From positions 21,292-85,291 of the forward strand of contig CAZMFM010000005.1 in NCBI GenBank assembly GCA_964565565.1: a stretch of DNA of 64,000 nt, written 5' to 3'. Made by a program: the position numbers and the translations under genes. Below are positions 49,500 through 59,287 of the stretch, in pieces. Every line of letters begins with the position of its first letter. Position 1 is the first letter of the stretch. This stretch comes from an uncultured Spirochaetaceae bacterium (GTDB lineage Bacteria; Myxococcota_A; UBA9160; UBA4427). The notes beneath the pieces were generated by a model. That model searched no databases. It had not been told where the DNA came from and saw only the letters and a program-made list of their open reading frames with translations.

Positions 49500-50681
49500 A
49501 TGGCAGAACGAGAAGTCGTCATTGTAGAAGCAGTTCGAACACCACTGGGTCGCCGCAATGGCGCGTTGGCCGCGATGCATTCCATCGACCTGCTCGGCCT
49601 GGTTCAGGCCGAAGCGATTCGGCGTGCCGGGATCGAGGCCACGCAGATTGGCCAAGTCGTCGGTGGCTGTGTCGGACAGGTCGGTATGCAGACAATGAAC
49701 GTGACGCGAAATGCCTGGCTGACCGCGGGACTGCCGCTCGAAGTGCCGGCGACAACCGTGGATACGCAATGTGGTTCTTCTCAGCAGGCGACGAATCTGG
49801 CCTACGCCCTGATTAAGTCGGGGGTCGTCGACGTCGCCATGGGTTGTGGTGTCGAAGTCATGAGCCGCGTGCCGATGGGTGCAACCATCCCGAAGGATCC
49901 CGATGTTGGAAAGCCGGTCAACGCGAACTACTGGAAGCATTTCGAGTTCACCTCACAATTCGACGGCGCCGAGCGAATCGCCAAACAATGGGGCATCACG
50001 CGCGCGGACACCGATGCCTTCGGCAAGATGTCTCAAGATCGTGGCGCCACGGCCTGGGCGGAAGATCGCTTCGCCTCCCAGATTCTCGCCGTCGACGCCC
50101 CGGTCGGTTTCGAGGACGGCAAGCCAACCGAAGAAACCCAACATGTCGATCGCGATGGCGGGCTTCGCGAGACGACCATGGAAGCGCTGGCGGGATTGCG
50201 CACCAATATGCCCGACGGCGTGCATACGGCGGGAACGTCTTCTCAGATCTGCGACGGCGCGGCCGCGGTCTTGATGATGACGCGAGAAAAGGCGAAGGAA
50301 CTTGGCCTGACGGTCCGGGCAACCCTCGTCGATAGCTGCCTGGTCGGCTCCGATCCCGTGTTGATGCTGACGGGCCCGATCGGCGCGACCCAGAAGCTGC
50401 TCTCGAATAACGACCTGCAAATGGGCGATATCGGCGTCACCGAGATCAATGAGGCCTTTGCTTCCGTCGTGCTCGCCTGGGAGAAGGAGCTCAAGCCGGA
50501 CATGGATACGGTGAACCCGAATGGCGGCGCCATTGCGCTCGGTCATCCCCTCGGCGGCACCGGCGCCATTCTCCTGACCAAGGCCGTCCATGAGTTGGAA
50601 CGGGCCAACAAGGAGCATGCGATCGTCACGATGTGTTGTGGCGGCGGAATCGGAACCGGAACCCTGCTTCGCCGGGGCTAG
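49500..50681 (+). CDS. Acetyl-CoA C-acyltransferase (thiolase)
   Basis: Start at ATG 49500, with GAAAGAGG upstream. VVIVEAVRTPLGRRNG, active-site TVDTQCGSSQQA, NPNGGAIALGHPLGGTG and MCCGGGIG. Confidence 0.9.
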   Translation: MAEREVVIVEAVRTPLGRRNGALAAMHSIDLLGLVQAEAIRRAGIEATQIGQVVGGCVGQVGMQTMNVTRNAWLTAGLPLEVPATTVDTQCGSSQQATNLAYALIKSGVVDVAMGCGVEVMSRVPMGATIPKDPDVGKPVNANYWKHFEFTSQFDGAERIAKQWGITRADTDAFGKMSQDRGATAWAEDRFASQILAVDAPVGFEDGKPTEETQHVDRDGGLRETTMEALAGLRTNMPDGVHTAGTSSQICDGAAAVLMMTREKAKELGLTVRATLVDSCLVGSDPVLMLTGPIGATQKLLSNNDLQMGDIGVTEINEAFASVVLAWEKELKPDMDTVNPNGGAIALGHPLGGTGAILLTKAVHELERANKEHAIVTMCCGGGIGTGTLLRRG

Positions 50682-50714
50682 CCGCGAGTCGATCGGGGCG
50701 AGACTGAGAATACG

Positions 50715-51185
50715 ATGGCCGCAGCAGCAGACCACGAACTCGACGCGCCGCCCTGGCAGCGCGTCGAGTCGACGCTCATGGCCACGGCCCGTGCGATTCG
50801 TCGCGCCTATGAGATTCGGCTGGCCGATCTCGACTTGAACCTGACCGAAGCCAGCCTGCTGGCCTTTCTACTCGAAGCTGGATCGACCACCCAGTCGCGA
50901 CTTGCGTCGCGGCTGGGGCTGGGTCGCGCCGCGGCCGGTCTAGTCATCAACAGCCTCGAGAAGCGGGGACTGATCGAGCGACGCGACGACCCCGAAGATC
51001 GACGGGCCTGGTTGATCGATCTACGCCCAAAGGGCGTACGCATCGTCCAACCCATTCTCGAAATCGACCGGATTCTGCGTGCAGAGCTGCGTTCGGGCAT
51101 CTCACGCCCGGAGCGACAACAACTCGCCGGATTGCTCCTGAGACTCCAGACGAATATCGCCGGTGTGCTCGACGAAGAAGCCTGA
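50715..51185 (+). CDS. MarR-family transcriptional regulator
   Basis: 156 aa. LTEASLLAFLLEAGSTTQSRLASRLGLGRAAAGLVINSLEKRGLIERRDDPEDRRA is a winged-HTH MarR core. Confidence 0.85.
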   Translation: MAAAADHELDAPPWQRVESTLMATARAIRRAYEIRLADLDLNLTEASLLAFLLEAGSTTQSRLASRLGLGRAAAGLVINSLEKRGLIERRDDPEDRRAWLIDLRPKGVRIVQPILEIDRILRAELRSGISRPERQQLAGLLLRLQTNIAGVLDEEA

Positions 51186-51297
51186 GCCGAATCAGGATCG
51201 AACCGGCTCAATCCCTTCGAACAAGACCCGCTTCAGGGTGGTATCGTCGACGCGCTCGATCCCCCTCCGAACCCCATTGCGCAAGGACGCCCGCACC

Positions 51298-52503
51298 ATG
51301 TCGACCGACCCCCAGGCCCCTACACCCGCCGAGTTTCTCGACTCGGCCAAGCGTATCCAGCCTCGTCTCGTCGACCTGCGAAGAAGAATTCACGCTGAGC
51401 CCGAACTCGGCCTCGACAATCCGGAGACACGAGCCAAGATCCTCGCGGATCTCGAAGATCTCGACCTCGACATAACACTTCACAAGCGATCGAGCGGGAT
51501 CGTCGCCACCCTGCGCGGCGCCCGGCCCGGTCGACGGGTGTTGCTTCGCGGCGACACCGACGCGCTACCGATGCCCGAAAAGACGGACCTTCCCTTCAGC
51601 TCGAAATTCCCGGATCGCATGCATGCTTGCGGTCATGATGCCCACACTTCGATGCTCGCGGGTGCCGCGCGAATCCTCGCGGAGCGGCGCGATTCCCTGG
51701 CCGGGGAAGTCGTCTTCATGTTCCAGCCCGGCGAAGAAGCCTACGGCGGTGCGGACACCATGCTCGAAGAAGGAATGCCGGAGGTCGATGGCGCCTTTGC
51801 AATTCACATCGCACCACAGATTCCAGTCGGAATGGTCGGCACTCGGCCGGGTTCTTTCATGGCCTCCTACGACGATTTCGAGATCAATGTCGTCGGGCGC
51901 GGTGGGCATGCTTCGATGCCCCACGATTGCATCGACCCCGTTCCCATCGCCTGCGAGATCGTCCTCGCCCTGCAATCCTTCGTCACGCGCGAGATTCCAG
52001 CGACGGACCCCGGCGTCCTGACGGTGACGCAGGTCCATGCCGGGACGACGAATAACGTAATTGCTGACTCTGCCCAGATTACGGGGACGATGCGCGCCCT
52101 CTCCGATCGAACCCGCGCGCTCATGCTCGAAGGGTTGCCTCGGATCGCTGAAGGCATCGCCAACACGCATCGCGCCAAAGCGCTGGTCGACATCGCCTCG
52201 GGCTATCCCGTCGTAGTCAACGACGCAGGGTTCGAGTCCTTCACCAGAGAAGTGATTACGGACCTATTGGGGGCCAACGCCGTATTGCCCCTGCCTGACC
52301 CGATCATGGGCGCAGAAGACTTCTCCTATGTCCTTCAGCGAACGAAGGGCGCGATGGTCATGCTCGGTGTTCGACCGCCCGACACGAAACGCCCAGCCCC
52401 CTGCCATTCGAGCCAGATGATGCTCGACGAGGAAGCGATGGCACTCGGGGTCGCGCTACACGCATCGATCGCAAGCCAATTCCTGGCTGCGCCCTCGGAG
52501 TAG
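51298..52503 (+). CDS. M20D-family amidohydrolase (hippurate hydrolase / aminoacylase type)
   Basis: Start at ATG 51298. RRIHAEPELG, LLRGDTDALPM, MHACGHDAH and FQPGEEAYGGA. Confidence 0.85.
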   Translation: MSTDPQAPTPAEFLDSAKRIQPRLVDLRRRIHAEPELGLDNPETRAKILADLEDLDLDITLHKRSSGIVATLRGARPGRRVLLRGDTDALPMPEKTDLPFSSKFPDRMHACGHDAHTSMLAGAARILAERRDSLAGEVVFMFQPGEEAYGGADTMLEEGMPEVDGAFAIHIAPQIPVGMVGTRPGSFMASYDDFEINVVGRGGHASMPHDCIDPVPIACEIVLALQSFVTREIPATDPGVLTVTQVHAGTTNNVIADSAQITGTMRALSDRTRALMLEGLPRIAEGIANTHRAKALVDIASGYPVVVNDAGFESFTREVITDLLGANAVLPLPDPIMGAEDFSYVLQRTKGAMVMLGVRPPDTKRPAPCHSSQMMLDEEAMALGVALHASIASQFLAAPSE

Positions 52504-52508
52504 CCCGC

Positions 52509-53357
52509 GTGAGCGATTCAAAATGGAAAGACGTGATCGGACTCGGCGTGGCTGGGAATTTTGCCGGCCACCTCGAGCAGGCCGGTGAGGCCAGCGACTT
52601 CAAGGACCTCGAGATCGAGGATGCCCGGGCGCCCAAGGGCGTGTTCCCATTCTACGTGCCCGTCGCCGGCGACGAGCAGGCATCCCATTTCCTCCATCGC
52701 TATCCAATCTCGAGTTCCCAGATTCGACTCGGTTCCGCAGACGAAAAGCATCAGATCGAACCGGAGGTCGCGCTGCTCTGCGACCTGGAATACCGGGGCG
52801 AACGGGTCCTTCGCATCCTTCCGCGGGAAGCCATGGCGCATAACGATTGTTCAATTCGACGCGAAGGTGCCAAGAAGATCAGCGAGAAGAAGAATTGGGG
52901 AGAGGCCAGCAAGGGCACGGCGAGCCGTGGCATCCCCATCGATCGCTTCGAAGCAGGCGGCATTCTCGACCACTATCGCATCGCCTCCTATCTCCTTCGA
53001 AACGACGAGATCCATCCCTATGGAGTCGATAGTGCCGTCTCGAGCTATAGCTATATCTATGGCCAGTTGATCGATTGGCTGATCCTCAAATTGAACGATC
53101 AAAGGGACCAAGGCCCCCTCGAAGACATCGCGAATTGGTTGGCGGTCGCGGGACAGCCCTCCCAGGCGCTGATCAGCATCGGCGCGACCCGCTATACGCG
53201 TTTCGGCGAAACCACCTTTCTCGAAGTCGGCGACCAAAGCATCGTGGTCGTCTACGACGGTCGCCAAAACGACGAGGCAACGATTCGGCAAATCGTTCAG
53301 TCGGACGAAGGGGCAACGACCCCCAACCTCTCCATGCTTCGCCAGGAAGTTGTCTAA
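52509..53357 (+). CDS. Divergent FAH-fold-like hypothetical protein
   Basis: 282 aa, GTG start. VIGLGVAGNFAGHLEQAG..PKGVFPFYVP, HQIEPEVALLCDL and AHNDCSIRREGAKKISEKKNWGEASKG loosely follow the fumarylacetoacetate-hydrolase family pattern. Confidence 0.5.
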   Translation: MSDSKWKDVIGLGVAGNFAGHLEQAGEASDFKDLEIEDARAPKGVFPFYVPVAGDEQASHFLHRYPISSSQIRLGSADEKHQIEPEVALLCDLEYRGERVLRILPREAMAHNDCSIRREGAKKISEKKNWGEASKGTASRGIPIDRFEAGGILDHYRIASYLLRNDEIHPYGVDSAVSSYSYIYGQLIDWLILKLNDQRDQGPLEDIANWLAVAGQPSQALISIGATRYTRFGETTFLEVGDQSIVVVYDGRQNDEATIRQIVQSDEGATTPNLSMLRQEVV

Positions 53358-53363
53358 ACGACC

Positions 53364-54161
53364 GTGCTCGGTATCAAACTCGCGCTCGTTCTCGCGATCC
53401 TCGCCGCCGGCGCTGCCGGGAGCGCGCTACCGCTCTTGCGCCGTGGTTCGGCACAAAGCGAGCGGATTCTCGGCTGGGGCAACTCTTTCGCCGCCGGTGT
53501 TTTTTTGTCCGCCGGCCTTGTCCATATGTTGCCGGATGCCGACGCGATCTGGAGTGGGCTCGGCTGGCGCTACCCAATGGCTTTCGCCCTCGCCGCCTTC
53601 GCCTTCGCGTTCATGCTCCTGGTTGAACATGTCCTGCTGCCAGAACAAGCCCATCAGGAGGTGCACGCGCCCTCTGGTGAGCGCTTCGCTCGTATCGCCG
53701 AGCAACATCACGACACGCTCTCCGCCTACGCCGTGCTCACGGCACTCTCGATTCATTCACTCCTGGCCGGGCTGGCCCTCGGAGCACAACCGGATCTCTC
53801 ACGCGCCATCGTCATCTCGGTCGCGATCATCGCCCACAAGTCGGCGGCCGGTTTTGCGTTGGGCGTGAGCCTCGCGCGCAGTCCCCTGCCGACGGCCCAA
53901 TCCTGGCGCCTCGTCGCCCTCTTCGCCGTCGCCACACCGATTGGCGGCTTGATCGGCACTTTCCTTGGCGAGGCCCTCGACGGACGCATGGCCGCCACGA
54001 TCGAAGCGGCCTTTCTCTCGATCGCGGCAGGAACCTTCATCTACGTCGCGACCTTCGACATTCTTCGCGACGAATTTCCCGCACCCGGTGGACGCTTCAC
54101 CAAATGGTTGGTCCTGACCGCGGGCATCGCAGCGATGGGATCGCTCGCCTTTTGGATATGA
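53364..54161 (+). CDS. ZIP-family divalent metal transporter
   Basis: 265 aa, GTG start. Multi-TM protein with HSLLAGLALG and IIAHKSAAGFALGVSL motifs. Confidence 0.8.
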   Translation: MLGIKLALVLAILAAGAAGSALPLLRRGSAQSERILGWGNSFAAGVFLSAGLVHMLPDADAIWSGLGWRYPMAFALAAFAFAFMLLVEHVLLPEQAHQEVHAPSGERFARIAEQHHDTLSAYAVLTALSIHSLLAGLALGAQPDLSRAIVISVAIIAHKSAAGFALGVSLARSPLPTAQSWRLVALFAVATPIGGLIGTFLGEALDGRMAATIEAAFLSIAAGTFIYVATFDILRDEFPAPGGRFTKWLVLTAGIAAMGSLAFWI

Positions 54162-54245
54162 GGTCCTGCCGCGGAGCCGGTATCGTTTCCATCCCCGCCA
54201 CCCACTCGCGGCGAGCGCGAACCGCTCGCTGAATAGGAGAAAACG

Positions 54246-54980
54246 ATGATCGACGTCCACTACTGGCCGACCCCGAACGGCAAGAAGGTGACCATCCTGC
54301 TCGAAGAATGTGGGCTCGACTATCAGATCGTCCAATGTTCGATCGGTCAGGGTGACCAATTCAAGGACGAATTCCTATCCATCTCACCGAACAACCGGAT
54401 GCCCGCCATGGTCGATCACGCGCCTTCGGACGGCGGTCCACCGATTGCGATCTTCGAGTCCGGCGCGATCATGATGTACATCGCGGAAAAGGCAGGCCAG
54501 TTCTATCCACAAGACATTCGCGGTCGCTACGAGGTCAACCAATGGCTGATCTGGCAGATGGCCAATCAGGGGCCGAAAAGTGGCGAGGCCGGACATTTCC
54601 GTCGACTCGGCGACGGTCGGGGCGATCAATCCTACGCACTCCGACGCTTCAGCGACGAAGTCAATCGACTCTATGGGGTGATGAATAGTCGCCTCTACGA
54701 TCGCCGCTACCTCGCGGGTGACGAGTACACGATTGCCGACATGATCTCGTACCCGTGGACGGTCGGCTGGGAAGCGCAGGGCGAGGATCTCGACGCATTT
54801 CCGTATTTCAAACGTTGGTTCGACGAACTGAGCACACGCGAAGCGGTCGGGCGTGGGATGGAAGCTGGCTCCGAACTCTCGGTCGACTATTCCACGCTAG
54901 GCAAGGACGACATCAAGCGGCTTCGCGCCCTGCTCTATAACCAGCGCGCCCGTTCCGCCCCGACAGGCGGCCTGCTCTAG
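54246..54980 (+). CDS. Glutathione S-transferase, YfcG-like (Nu class)
   Basis: 244 aa. MIDVHYWPTPNGKKVTILLEECGLDYQIV..GDQFKDEFLSISPNNRMPAMVDH..ESGAIMMYIAEK closely parallels E. coli YfcG as recalled. Confidence 0.85.
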   Translation: MIDVHYWPTPNGKKVTILLEECGLDYQIVQCSIGQGDQFKDEFLSISPNNRMPAMVDHAPSDGGPPIAIFESGAIMMYIAEKAGQFYPQDIRGRYEVNQWLIWQMANQGPKSGEAGHFRRLGDGRGDQSYALRRFSDEVNRLYGVMNSRLYDRRYLAGDEYTIADMISYPWTVGWEAQGEDLDAFPYFKRWFDELSTREAVGRGMEAGSELSVDYSTLGKDDIKRLRALLYNQRARSAPTGGLL

Positions 54981-55035
54981 TACGAATCGCCACAAGCAAA
55001 TCCGGTGCTGTTTGCGCGAACCGCTGGGCGTCAAA

Positions 55036-55656
55036 CTAACGCTGCGTGGCGACACCCCAATATTGGAAGGCCGCGAATTTCGGTGTGGCGGGCAGATACA
55101 TCGAATCGATGTTCTCGATCTTGAAACCGCCCTCTTCGATCAACTTCGGGATCTGCCGGTTGACATTGCAACCGCCCGCGATCTTCTTCCAGATCGGATT
55201 GATTCGATTCTGCCACTTCCGAACGTTTTCGTCCGGCGCCTCGCCATGTTCAGCGAAAAGCAATCGTCCGCCCGGCTTGAGCACGCGGCGCATCTGGTCG
55301 AGGGCGCGGGCGAAGTCGGGAATTGTGCAAAGCGTGAAGGTCAGAAGGACGGTGTCTGCACTGTCGTCATCGAGCGGGATTTCTTCTCCCGGCAGGCCAA
55401 GCCATTCGACCGGAAAGGGCGCGTCGGCAATTCGCGGCGCAGCCTTCCTGCGCATGCCCTCGGAGGGTTCGAGCCCCCAGACCATTTCGACCCGGTCGGG
55501 GTTGTAGAAGGGAATGTTGATCGCCGAACCCATCCCCACTTCGAGAATACGCCCCTCGGCCATGGGAACGACCTTCTCCCGTTGTTTCAGGATCGGCCCG
55601 GCACCGCAGGCGACGTCAATCAATCGCGGAAGAATGTAGTTGTCGTAGAATCCCAT
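55036..55656 (-). CDS. Class I SAM-dependent methyltransferase (Methyltransf_11 type)
   Basis: 206 aa. ILEVGMGSAINIPFY (motif I), DTVLLTFTLCTIPD, LKPGGRLLFAEHG. Confidence 0.8.
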   Translation of the reverse strand: MGFYDNYILPRLIDVACGAGPILKQREKVVPMAEGRILEVGMGSAINIPFYNPDRVEMVWGLEPSEGMRRKAAPRIADAPFPVEWLGLPGEEIPLDDDSADTVLLTFTLCTIPDFARALDQMRRVLKPGGRLLFAEHGEAPDENVRKWQNRINPIWKKIAGGCNVNRQIPKLIEEGGFKIENIDSMYLPATPKFAAFQYWGVATQR

Positions 55657-55820
55657 TTTGAATCTCCTGTCATCGCCCCAGTCGTCGTGCCGAAACGCGC
55701 CCGACGAACTGGCTGAGCGGCCCCACTGTGCGACAATTTTCGCTGCGGCGCGCGCTTTCCGGGAGCTTCGGACTCGCCAGCGGCTTCTGCAATACCCAAC
55801 TGATTAGTACGGAGTGCCAG

Positions 55821-56241
55821 ATGAATCGTGACCAATCCTCTCGCCTGACGGGGACCCTTCTCGTGGTCCTGGCGCTTTGCACGTCGGCTTGCATGGACGA
55901 GCCCGCATCCTCTGACACGGCAAACATGTCGCATGCAGGCGCTCGTCTTCCCGACGGACTTCCCGAAGGCATCAACGACACCTTCATGTCCGAAGACCCC
56001 GATGTCGAGAAATTCATCGAACGCTTCGAAGGAGAATCTCGAGAGATCTACGTGGGTCGTCACGCGATCGTTGCTTCATTGGGGCTTTCGCAAGGAGACC
56101 GGATCGCGGACATCGGGGCGGGAACCGGATTCTAAAGAAGTCTTTCGCCGCGAGATCGAGCGCGCCGGCTTCGTATTCGAAAAAGAGATCCAACTGAGCG
56201 AGCTATCCGACAACTACGTTCTGCGATTCCTTCGCCCCTAG
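55821..56241 (+). pseudogene. Lipoprotein-type SAM-dependent methyltransferase remnant with internal deletion
   Basis: The N-part (MNRDQSSRLTGTLLVVLALCTSAC ... GDRIADIGAGTGF) ends at TAA 56133-56135, right after motif I. A typical C-terminus (KEVFRREIERAGFVFEKEIQLSELSDNYVLRFLRP) follows immediately in another frame. About 100 central residues are missing. Confidence 0.55.
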
Positions 56242-56274
56242 GCACACAGAGGCCCACCTAGGCATAACCATGCC

Positions 56275-57342
56275 ATGCGTGTCAGACGACGCGGCCTGAC
56301 CTACGATGCCCCGCCCAGACTGCACTCGTCCTTCAATTCAATCCACCCCGTCCAATCTCGCGTAAAGAGGTCACTCACATTGCGGAGACACGTTTGGAAA
56401 TCAGCCATCGCCTTACAGATTCGCGGCCTCCCGAAGGGTCTTGCCCCGGCGCGTGGATTGGCCTTCGCCTTGACGCTCTTGCTCGTCGCCTCACAGCTCT
56501 CTTCGACGTTGGCCCAGGCCGAGGGCCGCTCACTCATCCTGGCCACGACGACCAGTGTTCGCGACTCCGGACTCCTCGACGCACTCTTGCCCGAATTCCA
56601 GCAGAAGACGGGCATCGAGGTTCGGGTCATCGCGGTCGGCACCGGGGCCGCTCTCCGAATGGGAAGAGAGGGTGACGTCGACCTGCTCCTCACCCACGCA
56701 CCCTCCGCAGAAATGAAGCTGATCGAAGACGGCGTCGTATCCCGGCGCACGCCCTTCATGGAAAATTTCTTCGTGATCGCCGGGCCCGCCGGAGACCCTG
56801 CCCGGATTGCCGAAGCGAACTCACCGAGCGAGGCTATCCGTCAGATCGCAAAGACCCGCTCACGATGGGTCAGCCGTGCCGACGACTCCGGAACCCACAA
56901 GAAGGAGAAGAGTCTCTTCGAGGCGGCCGGCCTGAAAAGCGATGAACGGTGGAAGGGACTCGACCGGACCGGAACCGGGATGGGGCTCTCGCTGCAAGTC
57001 GCCGGCGAACTTCGCGCCTATATCCTGAGTGACATCGGTACGTTTCTGGCTTTCGAGAAGCGGATCGATCTCGTCGCGCTTTCTCGCCCGGCGGATTCGC
57101 TGCGCAATACCTATTCGATCCTCCAACTCGACGCGACGCGCTTCGACCGCCCCCTTGCGACGTCGGCCGCCGAGGAACTCGAACGATATTTCCTCGATCC
57201 CAACACCCAGACCGCGATCGGCCGATTCGGCGTCGAAAGATTCGGACGCCCCCTCTTCACACCCTTGCATGCTGCGAGCGAAGCGGTCACCCAGCACCCA
57301 GCCAACAAAACCACGATATCTGATCCAAAGATGAGCGATTGA
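56275..57342 (+). CDS. tupA: TupA-like oxyanion (tungstate/molybdate) ABC transporter substrate-binding protein
   Basis: ILATTTSVRDSGLLDALLPEFQQKTGIEVRVIAVGTGAALRMGREGDVDLLLTHAPSAE matches the TupA TTTS..DSGL signature. A TTG at 56380 preceded by AAGAGG is a likelier start than the track ATG at 56275. Confidence 0.8.
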   Translation: MRVRRRGLTYDAPPRLHSSFNSIHPVQSRVKRSLTLRRHVWKSAIALQIRGLPKGLAPARGLAFALTLLLVASQLSSTLAQAEGRSLILATTTSVRDSGLLDALLPEFQQKTGIEVRVIAVGTGAALRMGREGDVDLLLTHAPSAEMKLIEDGVVSRRTPFMENFFVIAGPAGDPARIAEANSPSEAIRQIAKTRSRWVSRADDSGTHKKEKSLFEAAGLKSDERWKGLDRTGTGMGLSLQVAGELRAYILSDIGTFLAFEKRIDLVALSRPADSLRNTYSILQLDATRFDRPLATSAAEELERYFLDPNTQTAIGRFGVERFGRPLFTPLHAASEAVTQHPANKTTISDPKMSD

Positions 57343-57345
57343 GCG

Positions 57346-58005
57346 ATGGAGGAGATGACCCTCCAGCTCATTGTCGAGATCACGCTTCGCACATTGTGGG
57401 TGTGCGGCAGCGCATTGATTGCGGCGCTTGCGATCGGAATTCCCATCGGTATCGCCCTGGGATCGAGGCGCTTCCGCGGCCGGTCCCTGGCCGTCTCGAC
57501 CGTCAATGCGGGCATGGGTGCGCCCCCGGTCGTCGTCGGTCTCGGATGTTATGTCTTGTTCGCCCGGAGCGGACTCTTCGGAGGCGTCGGACTCATCTAC
57601 AGCCTCTCCGGAATGATCATTGCGCAGACCGTGATCGCCGTTCCCCTTGTCATTGGGATCACCCTGGCGGCCGTCGGCTCACTCGACGATGAATGGGATC
57701 TTCAGGTCCGCACCCTGGGCATCGGGCGTTTGTGGCGAATCTGGCTATTGGTGCGCGAAATCCGCATGGGTCTACTCGCAGCCGTCATCGCCGCGCTCGG
57801 AGGCATCCTGTCCGAAGTGGGCGCATCGCAGATGGTCGGCGGCAACCTCGACGGAAAGACGCGAGTCTTGACGACGGCCATCATGATGAAGACCAGCATG
57901 GGAGAGTGGGAACAGGGTGCCGGGTTGGCCGCTGTCCTGATCGGCCTCACCCTGCTCCTGGCAGGAATCCTCACGATCGTTCAACAGAGCGGCCGCACGA
58001 GATGA
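57346..58005 (+). CDS. tupB: ABC transporter permease (TupB-like)
   Basis: 219 aa. About 5-6 TM helices, placed 3 nt after the binding-protein gene. Its stop overlaps the ATPase start (ATGA at 58002-58005). Confidence 0.8.
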   Translation: MEEMTLQLIVEITLRTLWVCGSALIAALAIGIPIGIALGSRRFRGRSLAVSTVNAGMGAPPVVVGLGCYVLFARSGLFGGVGLIYSLSGMIIAQTVIAVPLVIGITLAAVGSLDDEWDLQVRTLGIGRLWRIWLLVREIRMGLLAAVIAALGGILSEVGASQMVGGNLDGKTRVLTTAIMMKTSMGEWEQGAGLAAVLIGLTLLLAGILTIVQQSGRTR

Positions 58006-59120
58006 GTCAAGAATTGACTACTCGAGTCGCCCTCGCAGCCCGAGAACTCAGATGTCGTCGTGGTTCGGGCAATGATTGCTTCGATCTCTACGTGGACGCT
58101 CTATCACTGCGCGCCGGAGAGGTGTTGGTCATTCTCGGACCGAACGGCGCGGGTAAAAGCACGTTGCTGCGTGCGTTGGCCGGACTCGAGCCCACAGTTG
58201 CCAAGGACGCGATTCAACGTGGTCCCGGGCCGGTCACCCTCGTCTTCCAGCGCCCGGCCGCACTCTCGGGCAGCGCCGAGCTCAATGTCCGCGCCGCCCT
58301 GCTCGGAAAAGGTGTTCGGGAACCAGAACGGCGCGACCGCGTGGCTCGCGCGCTCGCCCGTTTCGACATCGCTCATCTCGCCGATCATAATGCCAAGACG
58401 CTTTCCGGCGGCGAGCTACGCCGGCTCGCACTCGCCCGGGCATTCGTCCTCGAACCCGAAGTCCTCCTGCTCGACGAACCCTTCGACGACCTCGACGCAG
58501 AGGGCCAGCGCCGCCTCTCATTGGATCTTCAACACGCCATCGGCGAAACCAGTGTCGCCGTCGCGATGGTGACCCATGACCTTCGTCGCGCGCTTCTGCT
58601 GGCCGATCGAATCGCCGTCTTGATTCGCGGCGAACTCGCTCAGTTCGGCCCACGCGACGAAGTCCTACGCTCGCCGGAATCGCGTGAAATCGCTCGAACC
58701 GTCGGGATGACGAACCTCGCGTCCGGTTCGGTCCGGCGGGTCGTGGACGGAATATCCTGGATCGAAATCTCGGACGATTTCGAAATCCCGACGACAGCCG
58801 AATTCGAGCCCGGCCAATCGGTCTGGATTGGAATCCGTCCAGAACATCTCAAACTCGACATCGGTCGTGGAGATGGCCAGGCGATCGGAAAGGCCGTCGT
58901 CGAAAGTCTCGTCAGCGATGGACTGGCGACCGTTGCGACCTTGCGCGCGCGAAACCACGTCTTTACGACTCATCTACTTTCGGGACGCGGCCTCTCCCGT
59001 CGACTGCGGGTCGGTGATCGCGTGTCCCTGTCCGTTCGGCCGGACCACGTTCACGCCATGGCTTGCGAGCCCTCCGAAAGCACGGGCACAGGCACAGACA
59101 CGGGCACAGGCAATACGTAG
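58002..59120 (+). CDS. tupC: ABC transporter ATP-binding protein with C-terminal TOBE/Mop-like domain (TupC-like)
   Basis: Start at ATG 58002 (MSQELTT...). Walker A GPNGAGKST, signature LSGGELRR, Walker B LLLDEPFDDLD. The C-terminal OB-like domain ends VGDRVSLSVRPDHVHAM, followed by an STGTGTDTGTGNT tail. Confidence 0.85.
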   Translation: MSQELTTRVALAARELRCRRGSGNDCFDLYVDALSLRAGEVLVILGPNGAGKSTLLRALAGLEPTVAKDAIQRGPGPVTLVFQRPAALSGSAELNVRAALLGKGVREPERRDRVARALARFDIAHLADHNAKTLSGGELRRLALARAFVLEPEVLLLDEPFDDLDAEGQRRLSLDLQHAIGETSVAVAMVTHDLRRALLLADRIAVLIRGELAQFGPRDEVLRSPESREIARTVGMTNLASGSVRRVVDGISWIEISDDFEIPTTAEFEPGQSVWIGIRPEHLKLDIGRGDGQAIGKAVVESLVSDGLATVATLRARNHVFTTHLLSGRGLSRRLRVGDRVSLSVRPDHVHAMACEPSESTGTGTDTGTGNT

Positions 59121-59287
59121 CCTCGTCCCTCGACTGCGCCCTGACGAACCTTCCATCCAATGGGCAGTTCACGTGCATACACGATGCAACCCGTGCGCGT
59201 GGCGCAGATTTCACCTCATGCCTCTCAGGATTCTTCCCGATCCGTAGCACTGGCTTGGCCATCGAGGCTCGAGCGAGAGGATCAGCC

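Noticed and set aside
57693-58001. N-terminal 103-aa extension of the ABC ATPase ORF in the track (475 aa).
   Set aside because: The extension is read from an alternative frame of the permease gene and is Arg/His/Pro-rich. The ATG at 58002 forms an ATGA overlap with the permease stop and precedes a normal ATPase N-terminus.
59082-59113. Short GGCACA-like tandem repeat considered as a CRISPR or VNTR element.
   Set aside because: It has only about 2.5 imperfect units, lies inside a coding region and has no spacers. It is recorded only as a low-complexity protein tail.
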